Source: Raillietiella orientalis
Taxonomy: Eukaryota
DNA: 64,000 bases
Reading direction: 5' to 3'
Assembly (NCBI GenBank): GCA_036172245.1
Contig: JAYWIR010000001.1
Span: 11,532,001-11,596,000, forward strand
Under the pieces are notes generated by a model. That model did no database searches. It saw only the letters and a list, made by a program, of their open reading frames with translations, and was not told where the DNA came from. This document shows positions 23,090 to 36,479 of this stretch, one piece after another; the first letter of the stretch is position 1; every line of letters begins with the position of its first letter. The translations under genes were made by a program, and so were the position numbers.

Positions 23090-24139
23090 GGGGTGGGGAG
23101 TTTCGAGAGATCGCTTTCGGAACGAGATGAACGCACGTCTCCACTCTGGCAGCGTGCCGATCGGACCCGTTGCCGTGGAGACGGGGGTCGCGAGCAAGCC
23201 CCTGTGCTCCGACAGGGTATAACAAGGGTCAAGTGCCTTCACCCTTGCCTCGAAGGGAACGTCTTCCGCAGCGGTCATCACCTGCTGAACACATGCAGCA
23301 GGGTGTCGGCTCGAACGCGAAAGAACGTCCATCCGGAGCCAATTAGTCGATGCGAGCGCGTCTCCCTGTGCTCCCAACGACCCAATTACGCTGCGGAGGA
23401 GTCGGGCAGAGCCAGTAGACCGGAGGCAGGGGAAGCAAAGGAAAGGAAGGGCGGGCGGGCAGGAGAGAGACCCGTTTTCCGGCGATCAAGCCAGCTCCAG
23501 GTCCAAGCGCGGCCCGTACCCATGTTTCCCACCGTTCCACTCGGCACACCAGGAACGCAAGCGGTCTGCGCAGGCCCCCTCGCGAAGAGGGAGCACGCAG
23601 AATGCATCCAGCAGCCGGACCGACGCAGCCCGACTAGCGAAAGCGCCTCTCTCTTGCGTGACTGCCGCGTCGAGGTGCCGCTGCTTGCGCGGTTGTTTCG
23701 CTTTGATGTCGACGTCCGCACGGAAGGCCCGATGAGCCAACGTCGCTAGCTGGCGGCAGGCCACAGCGCGCATCTCCCCCAGTACTCGCATCTCCGTCAT
23801 CGTCGCGTGCGCAAGAGGGCAGACAGATTACCGAGCGTTCTAGCGCAGGCGCAGCAGCGAAAGCGAAGTAAAAATATCCGCGTAGCTTGGGCAGGAAACA
23901 GAGCGCGTTGGGGTTTTCGTTTCCGCTCGCGCCCAGGGCTGCGCTATCTGCCGGGAAGAACGGACGAAAAGCACGGGAACTGGTAGATGTCTGGTTTGAG
24001 GAGAGAGGCTGAGAAGAGGGCTGAACCGCACTCGCACTCAGTGAACTAACTAAGTACTGTGAGCAGACAGGTCAACCGTACTGCGAACAGCGGAGGAACA
24101 GATAGAGAAATAAAAGTGGCACGATCCGCCGCGTTTCGA

Positions 24140-24370
24140 AATCGGCGAAGGAAATTTGGTTCCGCTGACATCATGTGCAAATGCGGAGTAAACTGACGAG
24201 GTAATCACGCTGCTGGCATTTCTCTTCAAGACCATCGCAGCGCCGACCATCTTTGCGCTCCATGGTAAAAGACTTGCGCCGATTTTTTTGACGTTCTGAA
24301 TTCTGTTTTGCTCCAAGTTATTATGCTGCACGTTTGTATCAGCAGAAACAGCCGCACGCGGTGTTCTTGT
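24140..24370 (-). pseudogene. Possible decayed THAP-domain remnant
   Basis: Minus-strand PRAAVSADTN ... VLKR ... RIC / HDVSG across frames resembles THAP CAAxxCxN ... RICSxHFVSG. Confidence 0.25.
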
Positions 24371-24485
24371 GGTGCCTTCGGGAGCCACAAAAACGGATTT
24401 TCGATCCTTAGATTTGCATCTTGCCCGTTCCAGCGTCGTAGGCTCTTGGGCGCGCAAGTAAAAAAAACAAAAACAAAGACCCTCC

Positions 24486-24959
24486 TAGGCTGATCAACAA
24501 TGCCGCCGCGCGCAAGCGCGGGAGGGAAAGCCGTAGGCTGATCAACAATGCCGCTGAGCGCAAGCGCGGGAGGGAAAGCCGTAGGCTGATCAACAATGCC
24601 GCCGTGCGCAAGCGCGGGAGGGAAAGCCGTAGGCTGATCAACAATGCCGCCGGCGCAAGCGCGGGAGGCGCAAGCGCGGGAGGGAAAGCCGTAGGCTGAT
24701 CAACAATGCCGCCGTGCGCAAGCGCGGGAGGGAAAGCCGTAGGCTGATCAACAATGCCGCCGCGCGCAAGCGCGGGAGGGAAAGCCGTAGGCTGATCAAC
24801 AATGCCGCTGAGCGCAAGCGCGGGAGGGAAAGCCGTAGGCTGATCAACAATGCCGCCGCGCGCAAGCGCGGGAGGGAAAGCCGTAGGCTGATCAACAATG
24901 CCGCCGTGCGCAAGCGCGGGAGGGAAAGCCGTAGGCTGATCAACAATGCCGCCGTGCGC
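24486..24959. repeat. 48-bp minisatellite: 9 full units plus one partial
   Basis: Unit TAGGCTGATCAACAATGCCGC(CGC/TGA/CGT)GCGCAAGCGCGGGAGGGAAAGCCG starting at 24486, 24534, 24582, 24630 (62-nt variant), 24692, 24740, 24788, 24836, 24884 and 24932. Confidence 0.97.
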
Positions 24960-26822
24960 GAAGATGGCACCGCTGAAGGTGCAAACGACGTTCATTTGAC
25001 TTTGAAACAAACAAAACACGAAAAACACACACACACCAAAGGTGATTCTTTCTCATTTTCGAAACTTTGCTGAAACTTATACCGAGTCGCGTCCCAAGCA
25101 ACACACTTCAGGTATGGCGAAAGCGAAGGAAATGGCAAGATGATTGGCAACCTAATCGAGAATTCTCCCCGTTGCCCCCATCCGATGGATTCTCTCATTT
25201 AAAGTCTTCAAAAGCACTTTGCGTATTCGCTTATGTTACGATTCCCTCCTCTTGTTTGCGGTCGTGTTACATGAAAAGGAAAAAGATCCAGCTCTTCGAA
25301 TTAGACAAAACCCGGCAACCATGCTCTTCTGCCTGATATTGGATTCTGGGAAGCGAACGCTTCCTGGTGCACACAGGAGGACTATCTCCCAACGGCTAAG
25401 GCTTGTTATGCAAAAATTAAATCCATAGGTAAATCCAATTCGGGAGATGCTGCGTGTGGGTATTACTGTTACAAAAGAGCCTTTTCCTTTTGGAGGGTCT
25501 AACTTGTGGGTGATCATTCTGCAATCAACACTAATAGGTGGACACTAAATTTTTCACAATGAATTTCCATTATGAATACTTTATAATTGTTTCGTTTTCA
25601 ACCCTCCATAAATATGTGCTAATGATTCAACCAACAGGGCCTTTGATTTATGGACTGAGAATTTCAATTTCCAAGTTTTATAGCTCTTTCTGGCCATGTG
25701 ACGTTTCACATTCAGATTTTAATACTAAGATTCGCTAACTGCTGGGCACATGAAAATTTTACGGCTTTTTATTTCCTCATTACCGAAATTTGTTCATTAG
25801 CATTTGCGATGGGAAAACGAAGCATCTCTGCCGGATGTACAGGTGTGCAAACTTCTGCCATGGCTGAAAGAGTTGTGGGTGCACCTACCTCGCCCGAAGA
25901 AGATTCGTTTCCACTGGACGTTTTTTGCAAGGATTTGCAAAAGGAAAAAGAGAGAGGGGGAGGGGGGGAGCGGAGTGGAGATACTTTTCTCTTTCCTTCC
26001 TTTTTTTTTTTTTTTTTTTTTTAGATACACACTGAAACAGTCAAACAAGGGATTCGAAAATTTTCCGCGGAAAATTTCGCGCTGCTCTTTCTTCTGGACC
26101 TGTTGTTTTCAGATCCTTCCTGGATTCCTTACATCCTCATTATGGAATGAGTAGCGATTTATGGATGCTGAGGAACCAACCGAAGGCTCTTGAGAAGGAA
26201 AGCACTGGAAAACTTGCGGCGCCTCGCTTTGATTCCTTAGGCGATGGAATCTTCCAGAACCAGCCCGATGCACGGGGGGGGAGGGGAAGAAAGAACCTTG
26301 GGAAAAAGGCGACTGATCCCTTCTCCTCCAGTGCTCCTTTCCTCACTCCAGTGACAACGGTATCGGCTGGGCGGCGACGAAATCGATCCGAATCACTACA
26401 TAAAGCGCCTTTATGAAAGCCATGATGTATTTGCATCTGAAGTGAATTATCTATGAGGTGCGCACGCGTGCGCGCAGGAAAAGAAGAAGAAAAAAAAACA
26501 GAAAAGCAAAGCCCGCAGTACATTCGGGAACGCTGAAGAGCGGGCTTGTGGAGTGCGTGTTGCGCAGCCGGGGAGGCAGGCGGACACCGAGCGTAGCCGA
26601 CCGAGCGAGGATGCTCTTTCCGCTGCGCACGCACGCACGCACGCACGCACGGGAGGCGCGCGACGACGATCGGCGGGGAAAAAGTACGCGTGCGTGCACG
26701 CGCGCATGGCGGTGGCAGCAGAGCTTCCGCAGATCCTGATGCCAAGAACGAGGAGGAGGGGGGAGGGAGAAGCGAAACGAAAAAAACACGCGCGCGCACG
26801 CAGACAGACCAAGGGGACAAGT

Positions 26823-26873
26823 GCCGCCGCCGCCGCCGCCGCCGCCGCCGCCTGCTGCTGCTGCTGCTGCTGC
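26823..26873. repeat. Compound trinucleotide repeat (GCC)10(TGC)7
   Basis: Read directly. Confidence 0.9.
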
Positions 26874-29800
26874 GCTCTGCCGCCAACTCGCCGCCCCGGA
26901 TGCTTCTCCCCCCCAGAAAGATCGCCTTCGGTAGCCGGGCGCAGGGGACGGGAGGAGGGAAGAGGCTTCTTCCCGACCGCGTCGTCCCGGGGCGGGAGAG
27001 AGGCAGACGCGGCGCGAAAGGATTGCGCGCCGCGGAACGCCGCCGGCGCCTCCGCTCGCGCGCGGGCGAAGAGAGGGAGGGGGGGAGGGGGAGAGAGAGG
27101 TCAACAATGCCCCGAGTCGCGAACACGCCGCCCTCTGCTTCTCCGGCGGGGGAATCAATACGAGGCGGGAGGAAACATTAGCGGCAGATTGAAAGATTAA
27201 TTGCCTTGGCAACGGATGGGCACGGCGCTACGGAAAGCGCCGTCGATTGTCTTTCGGGTAGGAAATCCATTACGCGCAGCGTGGCGCGAGGGCGGCCGGC
27301 GCGCGCGTCAAGGAGCGCCTCGGCGGATCCCCGCAACAAAAGCCGCGCTCCGGATGATCCGTCATTCCTTCCCTGCCTTTTTTTTCTCCTGGACGCCCGC
27401 GCGCGAGCGAGCGCGCGAGCGAGCGATCACCTTGACCTTGGGAAGTGGGCGTTTTCGGGGGCCGGGCCTCCGCGCGCTGCCATATGCTTCCCGGCCGGGC
27501 TGGCCCCCAGCGGCCGCAGAGCGCCCTACTAATAAAGGCGGGAACGCTCGCCCCCGAAAATTAGTCGCCCTTCTAACGAGTCGCCTTTTCTTCGGCCGGG
27601 ATGACGGATCGGCGAAGGCGCGGGGGGGGAAACCTTCCCGGAGGAAGATGTGGGTGGCTCGGAGCAGCCCCTTCCGAGCCCACGTCTTCCGCCGCCGCCT
27701 CGGATGCCGCTCGCCGGCGGCGGCGCGCGCGGGACTCTCCGGGAAGGAAGCGGGAGAGGAGGACGAAGAGTTGAGTTACGGAGAGACCCCGCGCGAGCGC
27801 CGAAGAGAGGAGGGGGAGTGGGGGAACTCCGGGAGTTCGAATTTCTCTGTCCGCGCCCACCCACGGGAAGAGGGACGGAAGGAAAGGAGCGCGTCCGCTC
27901 CCATCCCGAGAGAGCGAGGGAGGGAGGGAGAGAAGGGTTCCTCCCTTCTGGAAAGGGCGGCCGCTCAGGAAGAAACTCGGACGTTCCCACGAGGCGGCAG
28001 CTTTCCCAGCCCCACGGCGTCAAAGTGCGAAAAAAAAAAAAAAAAAAAAAAATGCGGGTTGTGGATGTGAGGAAGGCGCCGCCGCCTCCGTCCTCCCGTC
28101 CACCCGCGCAGCTCGGGAAGAGGAGGGGGAGGAGGAGGGAGGGAGGAAGAAGAAGGGGAGGAAGAGAAAGGATGGCGAAAGATTTGCGTCCGCTCCGGCC
28201 GAGCCCACCGGGCTGCGCCACGTGAGGCTCCGCGTGGGCCCAGAAGGGCAGGAAAACGAGAGGGCGCTGGAGACGTACGCCCTCCTTTCCGCAGGGCACC
28301 GGAACATCTGGACACGGCTCCTGGTGGATTCGTGTCGCCGGGTGGTGCGCGCGCGCCCTCCCGCCGCCGCCGCCCCAGGGCAGCCTTTTTTTATGGCTGC
28401 CGGGCGAGCGATCCTTCCGTGCTCCCGTCGCCAGCGGTTGTTTGCTCCTTGGCTACGCTCCCTCCCTCTCCCCCTAGCTGTCCGGGCGACCACTGGGAGA
28501 GACGGCCGATTACCGTTGTTTACGACGACCGTAAATTTTCCGGGGCTGCTGGCGCCGCCGCCGGAGAGGTTCTGCCGGGTTCCTCCGGAGAGCGGGAAGG
28601 GAGGGGGCGCTGCCTTGGTATCGCGCGCCGCTCCTCCTCTTTTCGCCTGCGTGTCGCCGGTGGACCACGAAAGAAAAAAAAAAGAAACGTTCAGCACCCA
28701 TCCCCGCGCAGCTCCTCCCTTGGCTGCAGGGGCGAAGAAGAGGGGCGGTTCTCTCCCGAGAGAACGGAAATGGGGGGTGGGTGGGAGACGGGGGATCGCC
28801 CTCCTTCCCGCCCGCAGCCCGCGCGGATTTTTTAGAGGGCCATCCGCGCGGTTTTTTCCTCCCGCGCTTGCACTCCTTCCCCCTCCCCCCTCCTCCTCCC
28901 CCCTCTTCGGGGAAGACCAATGCGCGCGCGCGGTCGCCCGTCCAGCCGTCCGTCTGCCTTTTGTAGTCATGGATAGCGCATTGTGGAACACGAGGAGAAA
29001 ACAGGATTGGTTTACAAGCAATAAACAAGCAATAACCGGGGTAGTCCGGAGTGTAAACGAGGAGGAAACCCGGCGCTCGCGGGGAAAACAAAAAACATAC
29101 AAAAAAAACACACACACACACACTCGGAGAGTGAGAGAGGGAGAGAGATGCCGGACGAGTGGTTTTACAGCGTCTCCAGGGGCGCCTCCGCGCGCATGCG
29201 CGTGGAGGCGGGGGAGGGCGAGGGAAATCAACGCGACGGCGGCAGTACTGCGTCGCCGCCGCTCGGCGGACGTCAATCCCTTCGCGGCGGCGGCGGCGAC
29301 GGAACGCCCGCCCGCTCGCGGGATCCGTCCGAAGCAACAAAACAACTCCGGGGCATCCGAATATCTTCCCGGATAATCTTCCCTTGCATTTTTGGGATGT
29401 TCCGCATTCTAAACACGCCGACGGTGCCTTCCCGCGCGGTAGCCGCTAATCCTGTTAGCTGCGTTCCTCTTTCTCTCAGGGAGTTCGCTCGGAGGAATCC
29501 TAGGAGAGACGGCGCTGCCCGTAGGTAAACCGCGGGAGGAGGAGGAAGATGGGAGGAAGAGATACGGCGCGGGTGAGGGAGCGGCTGCGGAACCAGGCGG
29601 CATTCTTCGCATCGCTACGGGGCCCCCTGCGTGAAGAGGCGAAGCCCAGGCCGAACGCGCGCGCACGCGCAGCGAGCAGGGCAGAGCGCGTTTGCCAGCG
29701 TCGAGAAAGCGCGCGTCTTAAATCAATCGGTCCCCCCTTGCGTGCCGGGCGAGGGAAGGAGTGAGAGAGAGGGGGGGGGGGGGGGGAACTTGGCGAAAAC

Positions 29801-30539
29801 CGAGTTTCCCGCAAGCCGCTGATGAGATGACAAACGCAAACACCGGAAAGGAAGGGGGGAGGAGGAGGAGCGACGAAGGAAGCAGGGAGGCGGACAAAGA
29901 GCACGCGCACTCGAGGAGGGTGTTCGCGAGCGAAAAGGGAAGAATAAAAAAAAAAAAACGAGCAGGGAGGGAGGGAGGGATCTTCTCCCCGAGTACGTAC
30001 GTACGCTCCGAGTTTTTTTTTTTTTTTTTTTGTCGGGAGCCACGCGCCGGAATCGCTCGCGGGCTCAAAGGATGTCCCGCCGCCGTCGATTTCACGTGCG
30101 GCGGGAGACGGCAAAAAGAGAGAAACGCGAAATTCTGTCGCGACGGAGAAAGAAAAGAAAAAAGGGAAAAAAATTGTGCGCGTCCGCATTGTTGCGGACG
30201 AACACGATTTTGCCATCGTCGCCCCGCAACCACGCGGGGCGACAGTGGCGCACTCGGACGTTCGGGCACGGGGACGCGCGGCGGCGACTCTGGAAGGTGG
30301 GGTTCGAAAGTTCCTCAGCCCCGCAGCCGGCGTGGGGAGCGGCCGCCACCCCACCTCGCCCGCGTTGCGACCGCGGGAAGCGGAAGAGGAGGCGCGCTCG
30401 GCTCTCCGGAAATCCGGCGGCCGGCCGCCTCCGGGACGCTTCGCGGTGTCAGCCTCCCCCGCCTTGGCTTTCCCTCCGGCCCCCTTCCGGGCTGGGCGCT
30501 GCGTCCCACAAGGGGGGGGGGAGCAAGGGGGAGAGGGAG

Positions 30540-31150
30540 GGCCAGAACGCGCGCGTCCATGAGCTCGTCGTCCTTGCAGATCTCAGCAACGGCGCCAGGC
30601 CACGCCCTTCCCTCTCGGACATGCGCGAAAGTTCCGTCCTCCGGATCGCCTGCGACCCCCACATAAATCCACCCCCGCTCCACCGCGCCTTGTTGTGTCA
30701 CGCGCGACCCCCTGAGGCTCCTGCAGGCCCCTCCGTCCTTCTCGCCTCCGCCGGCGCACTCCACGTCCTCCCCTCCCCCCTTGCTCACCACCCACTCCTC
30801 TCATGCGGCCTCCCAGAGGAAGGCACGGGGTTGCCGGAAACTCGCCGCTCCTGTTCGGCCAGCCTCTTGCGACCACGACCTCCCCTTCCCACCCTACCGC
30901 CTCGTGGGCAGCTCCGGTGTCCCGTCGCGCCGCCTTGCAGGCAGACCCGTTGCCCGGATACCCTGCGAACAGGGGTGTTGTGAGCGAAGGAGGGAAAGGG
31001 TCGCAGAGAGGTCTTGACCCGGTTCCCCCACCCTCCGCTGAACCGGAAGGGGAGGGGACGACCACCCGTACGTAGACGATCCAGCTGGGGAGGCCCGCCC
31101 GAGGGGTCGTTACCCCGACCTCCTTCGTCTCCTGTTCTCCACCCCCATTT
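30540..31150 (-). mobile_element. L1/Tx1 apurinic endonuclease remnant
   Basis: TWSAPAEARR (~VYAP...R), WIYVGVAGD (~GDFN) and VAEICKDDELMDA (~LxDxW) occur in order. Confidence 0.4.
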
Positions 31151-33699
31151 GTTCTCTGGGAGCGCTGCCTTCGCTACCTGCACTCCTCACGCCGGCAGGA
31201 GGCCTTTTCGCGCTGCCCTGGCGACTGCTTCCGGCGTCTTTTTCGCAGTGCTAGAAGGGCAGAGGCGTACCCGGAGGGATGGATGACTCATCCCCCGCCC
31301 TCTTGCCTTGCCGCGTCCCTCCAGCCGCTGGAAGAGGGCGAGAGGAGGCGCCGACCGAGACGGGAAGGGGGGCAGCCGGCCCTTCCCGCCCCTCCCTCTC
31401 CAGAGAGCCGGAGGACACCCTGGCGGCATAGGCGCCAGGGCGTGCTTCCCCGCCCCGCCTTCAGCCCCAAATTGCACCCTTCGCTCCCTCGAGGGGACCC
31501 CTTTTTATGGTCCTTCCCCGCGCCCGAGCCGTCGCTGACCCGCGGGGGGCGCGCGACTGGCGGGTGTTTTTTTTTTTTTTCCTTTTTACTGCGCGTCCGG
31601 GTCCCCTCCGCCTCTGCGCAGCTGCCCCCTCCGCCTGCGTCCCCCTCCCCCGACCTACCGCCTGCCCCCCAGCCATAAGAGTCGCCCCTTCCTGAATTTT
31701 ACGAGCGAGCACTCTGTGACCTCCGCACATGGTCAGCTCCTTCCTTTCCTTTCTGAGTGTTCCAGCAGAGGGCACGCAGTGGCCGGGAGGCGTTCCCACG
31801 CCCCGGGAGGCAGGAGGGGCAGGGTAACCGGGATAGGCGTCCTGAGGAAGACCTCCTAGGTGCGGGAGACTCTTCGAGGGCGTGGTAGGTGCCGCCGGTG
31901 GTCCCCAGGCGCGTCCACCCCATCCCCTCCTTCCGCCGGACCGCCAACTGCGCCGCCGCCAGCATCGCGGTGGAGCAGAGAGGAGGCGGGAGAAACTGCG
32001 AGCGGCGGGGCGGGACCCGGCGCCATTCCTCACATGGCTGAAGGGGGACCCTCGCGTGAAGGGGCGACAGGCACGCACGCACGCATTCCTTCGAGGACGA
32101 GGGAGGCGACGAAACGCAGCCTCGGTCGCCAAGGCCGTCCGCCTTGGCGACCCGCTCGCCTCACCACCTTCCGAGGAGCGACCCCCTCGCTCTGGGCCCG
32201 GCGGCAATGACCGCTCCCCCTCTGTCCGGTCCCTCTACCCTTCTCACCCGCCGCCGCGGCGAGCGAAGGCACGTGGGAACGTCGCGACCCCATCTTCACC
32301 CCTTCCCGCCCCTTCTCGGGGGAGGGAAGGGAGCAAGGCGGCGGGCGCCCCGAAGGAGTGGCGGGGAGGGGGAGAGAGGAGCCGATCTCTTCCCCCCGCC
32401 AAGGAAACAACACCAGAAAAGGGGTGAAACGGGATCCTCCCCTCTTTCCCTTCCCCTCCTGCCGCCCGCCCATCTGCTCGCGCTGGGACCGCCTTATCTC
32501 CACATCTCCGTCCGTGGCCGCCCCTCACAAAGGGGTGGGCGCAAGCCGCTGCTTTCTCCCCCCCCCCTCCTCGTCTCCGCCGCTGCGTCCCGGCGATGCC
32601 CCTCCGAGACGCACGGTTTCCTCCGCCCCGCCCCGGCGAAGAAACTTCCTGCGGGTTCCGGGGCTTATCGGCCTCCCTCATCTGAGGTCCCCCGTCGCGC
32701 AGGGGGACCAAAGGCTTTCTCCCTGGTGGTGGCGGCAGCATCCCCGCTCCGCCCTCCCTCCGTCGCCGCTACAATGGGGAGGTCGCGGAGCGCGCCGGTG
32801 CTAACGGGACCCACGCTGGCGCGCGAGCCGCAGGGGAGGGGAACATTCTTCCCGCACCCCTCTCCGAGCTCGTCCCGGAGAAGGCGGACCAGGAAAGGAC
32901 CGGAAGAGCCTTCTCCCGCCACCGGTCTCCCTCCTTTCCGCAAAGGAACGGGGACTGCTCCATCCCTTCAGGCTTCCTGGCGGAAACCCATCCCTGCAGG
33001 GGTCTTCACCAGGAAGCCCTCCCATAGGCGTGCGCACGGGGGGAGGGAGGGGAGATCAGCGAAGGAAGAGGAGGAAAAAAGGTCCGGGAACTCCACACCA
33101 GGAGAAATACTCGTGGGAGCCGTTCTTCGCCGCGGCCGGTGGCCCCTAGGCACGTCTCTCGGCCACTCCTCAAGCAGCGGCTGCGGCGGCGGCGGAGTTG
33201 CTGCCGCCTTCCTTACAGTCGGTCGTGACGCAGTGCGCGAAGGGAGTTAGGCTCCGCAGGTATCGAGGAGCCAGCGGCCGCAAAGGCGGCGCGCGGGAGC
33301 CCCGACAGGCATCTCCAAAGACCCCTGTCCCCTTCTCTCCCCATATCTTTATTTCTATTTTTTATATGTATTTGTGGTCCCCTCCCTCCCGTTCCGGACT
33401 TTCGGTTTACCGACCTGCGTGTCGGGGATCCCCCCCTTCGTTTCTTCTGTGTCCTTTGTCCGGGAACTCTGTTCCTGGATAGTTTAAAAATAAAGCCCCG
33501 GCGCACCCGGGTGAGAAACAGCCACCTCCAACGCCGACACCTCAGAGACCCCCCCTCCCGAGAGGAGGAGACGGTGTGCGTGGCCAAGCGCGCGCCTCCA
33601 CGACCCCTTTCCTCAAGGGTGAACCATGCCCGGAGGCTGCGTTCGCAGCTCAAACTGTCGGCCCGGCTGGTGGTGGATCCTAGAGACTCTCTCCGAGTT

Positions 33700-35260
33700 C
33701 CCTCTAACCCCTTTCCCTAGGGAGCCGAGCATCCGGTAGAAAAGGGCGGTTCCTGGATGATCGGGGAGAGAGATCCACGCGACAGGGCTTGGGGGGAAGG
33801 AAGGTACCTCCGAGAAGGGTCGCAGTTCCAGCCAGCAGAATGAGCCTGGTCAACATCCGCGCTTTCGCCTAGCCTCAACCTACTTTCATTTTTTCTAGCG
33901 CTATTCTTGGAGGGCGCCTGGCACAGTTTCGAGAACCGAGTAAGAGTGTGGGGTGCACAGAGTACCACTGATACTCAATGGTGCGAAGCACACGCAGCGG
34001 ACCAGTTTATGTTGTAACTCAAGTCCACTTCCTAAGGCCGTCCGCTCCCTGCTGGCAGCCTAACTTGCGAGATGTATAAAGGTATCGGCCAACAATGGCG
34101 AGGTGGCCTAGGATTCCAAGCCATACATGGACATGGGTAGACAACGGTGCGTGAATGGAGAGCTGTAGCCGTTGTTTCCTGCTACACAGAACACTAGTAG
34201 CTCCTAAACTGACATGTAGCATGGTGCATACGAGGGCAGTGCATACACGAGGGCGCACTGCACTATCACTTTTAAATGAAGTCACTCCCTCCCTCTTCAC
34301 TTCCCATGATACGAAATACCAACAAACTTCTGAGGAAAAAGCATCTTTCCTCGGACGTATCTTCAGGTTGTTGCTCCATGATGAGGAGGTGGGGGAAGCG
34401 ATGGATTCTCTCAGAGCAAGTATGTCGGGCATGGGAGGCTCACCGGAGAAGCAGTTATCTTTCCCAAGAATCGACGCACGTTGATTAAAGATCCGTATGA
34501 GCCCTGGAGAGGGGCCGGGTGCTATCAGATGCTGCTCTTTCTGGAAGAGTGAAGCATCGGATTATTGAAGGAGACATCGGGAATCATTAGCCGGCGTATC
34601 GTTAATGGCACTGACTGATCAAAAGATTAGAAACGGTCCAGCATCCTCCTGCTGGGACACTGGGACACCTCGTTGTCAGGAGCTCTCAGAATACTTCAGT
34701 AAACAAAAAAAAAATTTTCTCAAAGGAATCCCTTCGAGTGTGATGGACGATCGCCAGAGTGTGATGCTGAGGAAAGCATACCGATCACACCTCCGGGAGA
34801 CCCTTCCACTGATCTACTGAGCTGCTTCCGGAGGACGAGCGCGAGGTCGGGTGGACCCGTGTCCGAAAGCATCCTCTCGCGATTGAGAGAAACGGAGTGG
34901 ATGGCAAAAGGCAGGGATACGTTCCTCCGCCTCCCGAGGAGCATGGGACCCTGAAATAGAGGCGAACGCGTGCTCTAACTCGCACCGAATTTCGTGCTGT
35001 GCTCGTCACCCTGGACACCAAAGGCATACTTTCGCTTTCCTCTCTCTTTTTCGTCTGCCGCTAATCTTTTATTTTGCTTCTCCCCTCCCTCCTGACAGGC
35101 AGTCTCCAAGAGTCCGGGCTGCTTGGCGCAGTGGCTCCTGCATGACCGTGCTTTGCTGTCGCCTGAAGTGGTCGGCAATATCGGGCAGCCCTGTCCCGTC
35201 CCCATGAGCAGACGAACGGAAGATGATGGCGCCCTGCTAACCCAACCGTGACGACCTCGA
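33700..35260 (+). mobile_element. Degenerate L1/Tx1 ORF2 (APE to start of RT)
   Basis: GEGRYL, LVNIRA (~LVNIYAP), VPLILNG (~PLILGGD), LRDV, HTWTW, SRCFLL (~SRxDxFL), then PVPSP*ADERKMMA (~RPISLLNxDYKIxA). A T-rich LINE-like 3' UTR with AATAAA lies just upstream (33340-33495). Confidence 0.55.
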
Positions 35261-35699
35261 GAGAAAGGTGCTGGAGGTGAAGGGAGGAGCAAGAGAAGGA
35301 AGAAAAAAGAAAGAGGAAATGGAACCTCAATTTACGGAAAAGGATCACATTCGGATGTTCTCGCCCTCCGGTTCCACCCTCCAGCACCCCGAAGGAGCAC
35401 GCAGCTTCCCGAAGACGTAGGCTGGGTCTGCTGCTGGTCAAGGGGATGAAATATCAGGAAAGAAAAGAAAACAAAGGAGGCAAAGGGGAGATGGTTGGTC
35501 ATCCGAAAGTCGGAGAGGGAGGGAGGGGGTGATTACGGCGGTTCACTTCATTTCCCCTGTAGTTGCTTTTGCTCTTGCTAGCTTGGATTAGAGCTCAAGG
35601 GGGAGGGAGAGCATCATAGAAGGAAAGATAGACTCTGGAGCCAACTTGGAGACGATCGAGCTGCTGCTGCTGGCTCTGGTAAAGCTGGGGACAACGGAG

Positions 35700-36200
35700 C
35701 AGGTGACTCTCCTCTCTTCTTCCTAGAAGAATCTCAGCCAGAGAGAGCCTCTGAGATCTGACTGTCCCCAGAGGGGAGGAGAGGCCCTCCTCCAGTAGGG
35801 AGCGTTGCGGTCTCTTTGGAAAACGGGGTGGAGATGAGGAGAGCAGAGAAGACTCTTGTCCACCCTTGAAGGATATCTGCGGTCATCGGGGGGGCCGCTG
35901 CTCTCCAGAACGTTGAGGAACATGCCTTTTCTACTTCTTTTTCCCGAATTCCGGGTGCCGCTCCCCTCCTACCCAGTGGAGCGCGACGGGATGAGGGAGG
36001 CCACATGGTGTCGGAAGGATCTCCTCGGGGGACGAGCAGGGAAGTTGGCCAAGGAGACTGGGAGCAGGGACGCTTCCGCTTCGAACGTGGTCGCGATCCA
36101 CCCGGAGGAGTTTGCTGCGCGTCTACGTCCAAGCTGCCTTTAGGATTCCCTCTGCTGCTGCGACAGTTTCCTCTTGAACACTCGCGCAGGGGTGGGCCGT
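35700..36200 (-). mobile_element. L1/Tx1 ORF2 post-RT fragment
   Basis: KEVEKACSSTFWRA resembles the L1 ...IxxxxxxFxW motif. Confidence 0.3.
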
Positions 36201-36479
36201 CCCAGAAGGCAGTGGCAGCGATGCTGTGCCGGCGCTGCCACGCGCGCGCGCACGTGCACGCATCGGGAGCGCCGCGAGCGACCGCGCCTCTTTCCGCGGG
36301 AATGCGTCTTCCCCTCCTTCCTCTCCGCGCAGGAGGCGGCTTTTCCCTCGGGAGCGCTCCCTCCCTCGGCGTCCCGCGGGGAACGAGAGCACGAGGAGGA
36401 AGGCAAGAGAAGGAAAGAAGGAAGAGGAGGAAGGGGAAGGAAGAGGAAGGGAGGAGGAGGCAAATTTGCACGCACTAGT

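Noticed and set aside
24486-24959. CRISPR array or repeat-protein CDS (GGIVDQPTAFPPALA repeats)
   Set aside because: Head-to-tail units with no unique spacers and no cas genes. The 62-nt unit breaks the reading frame.
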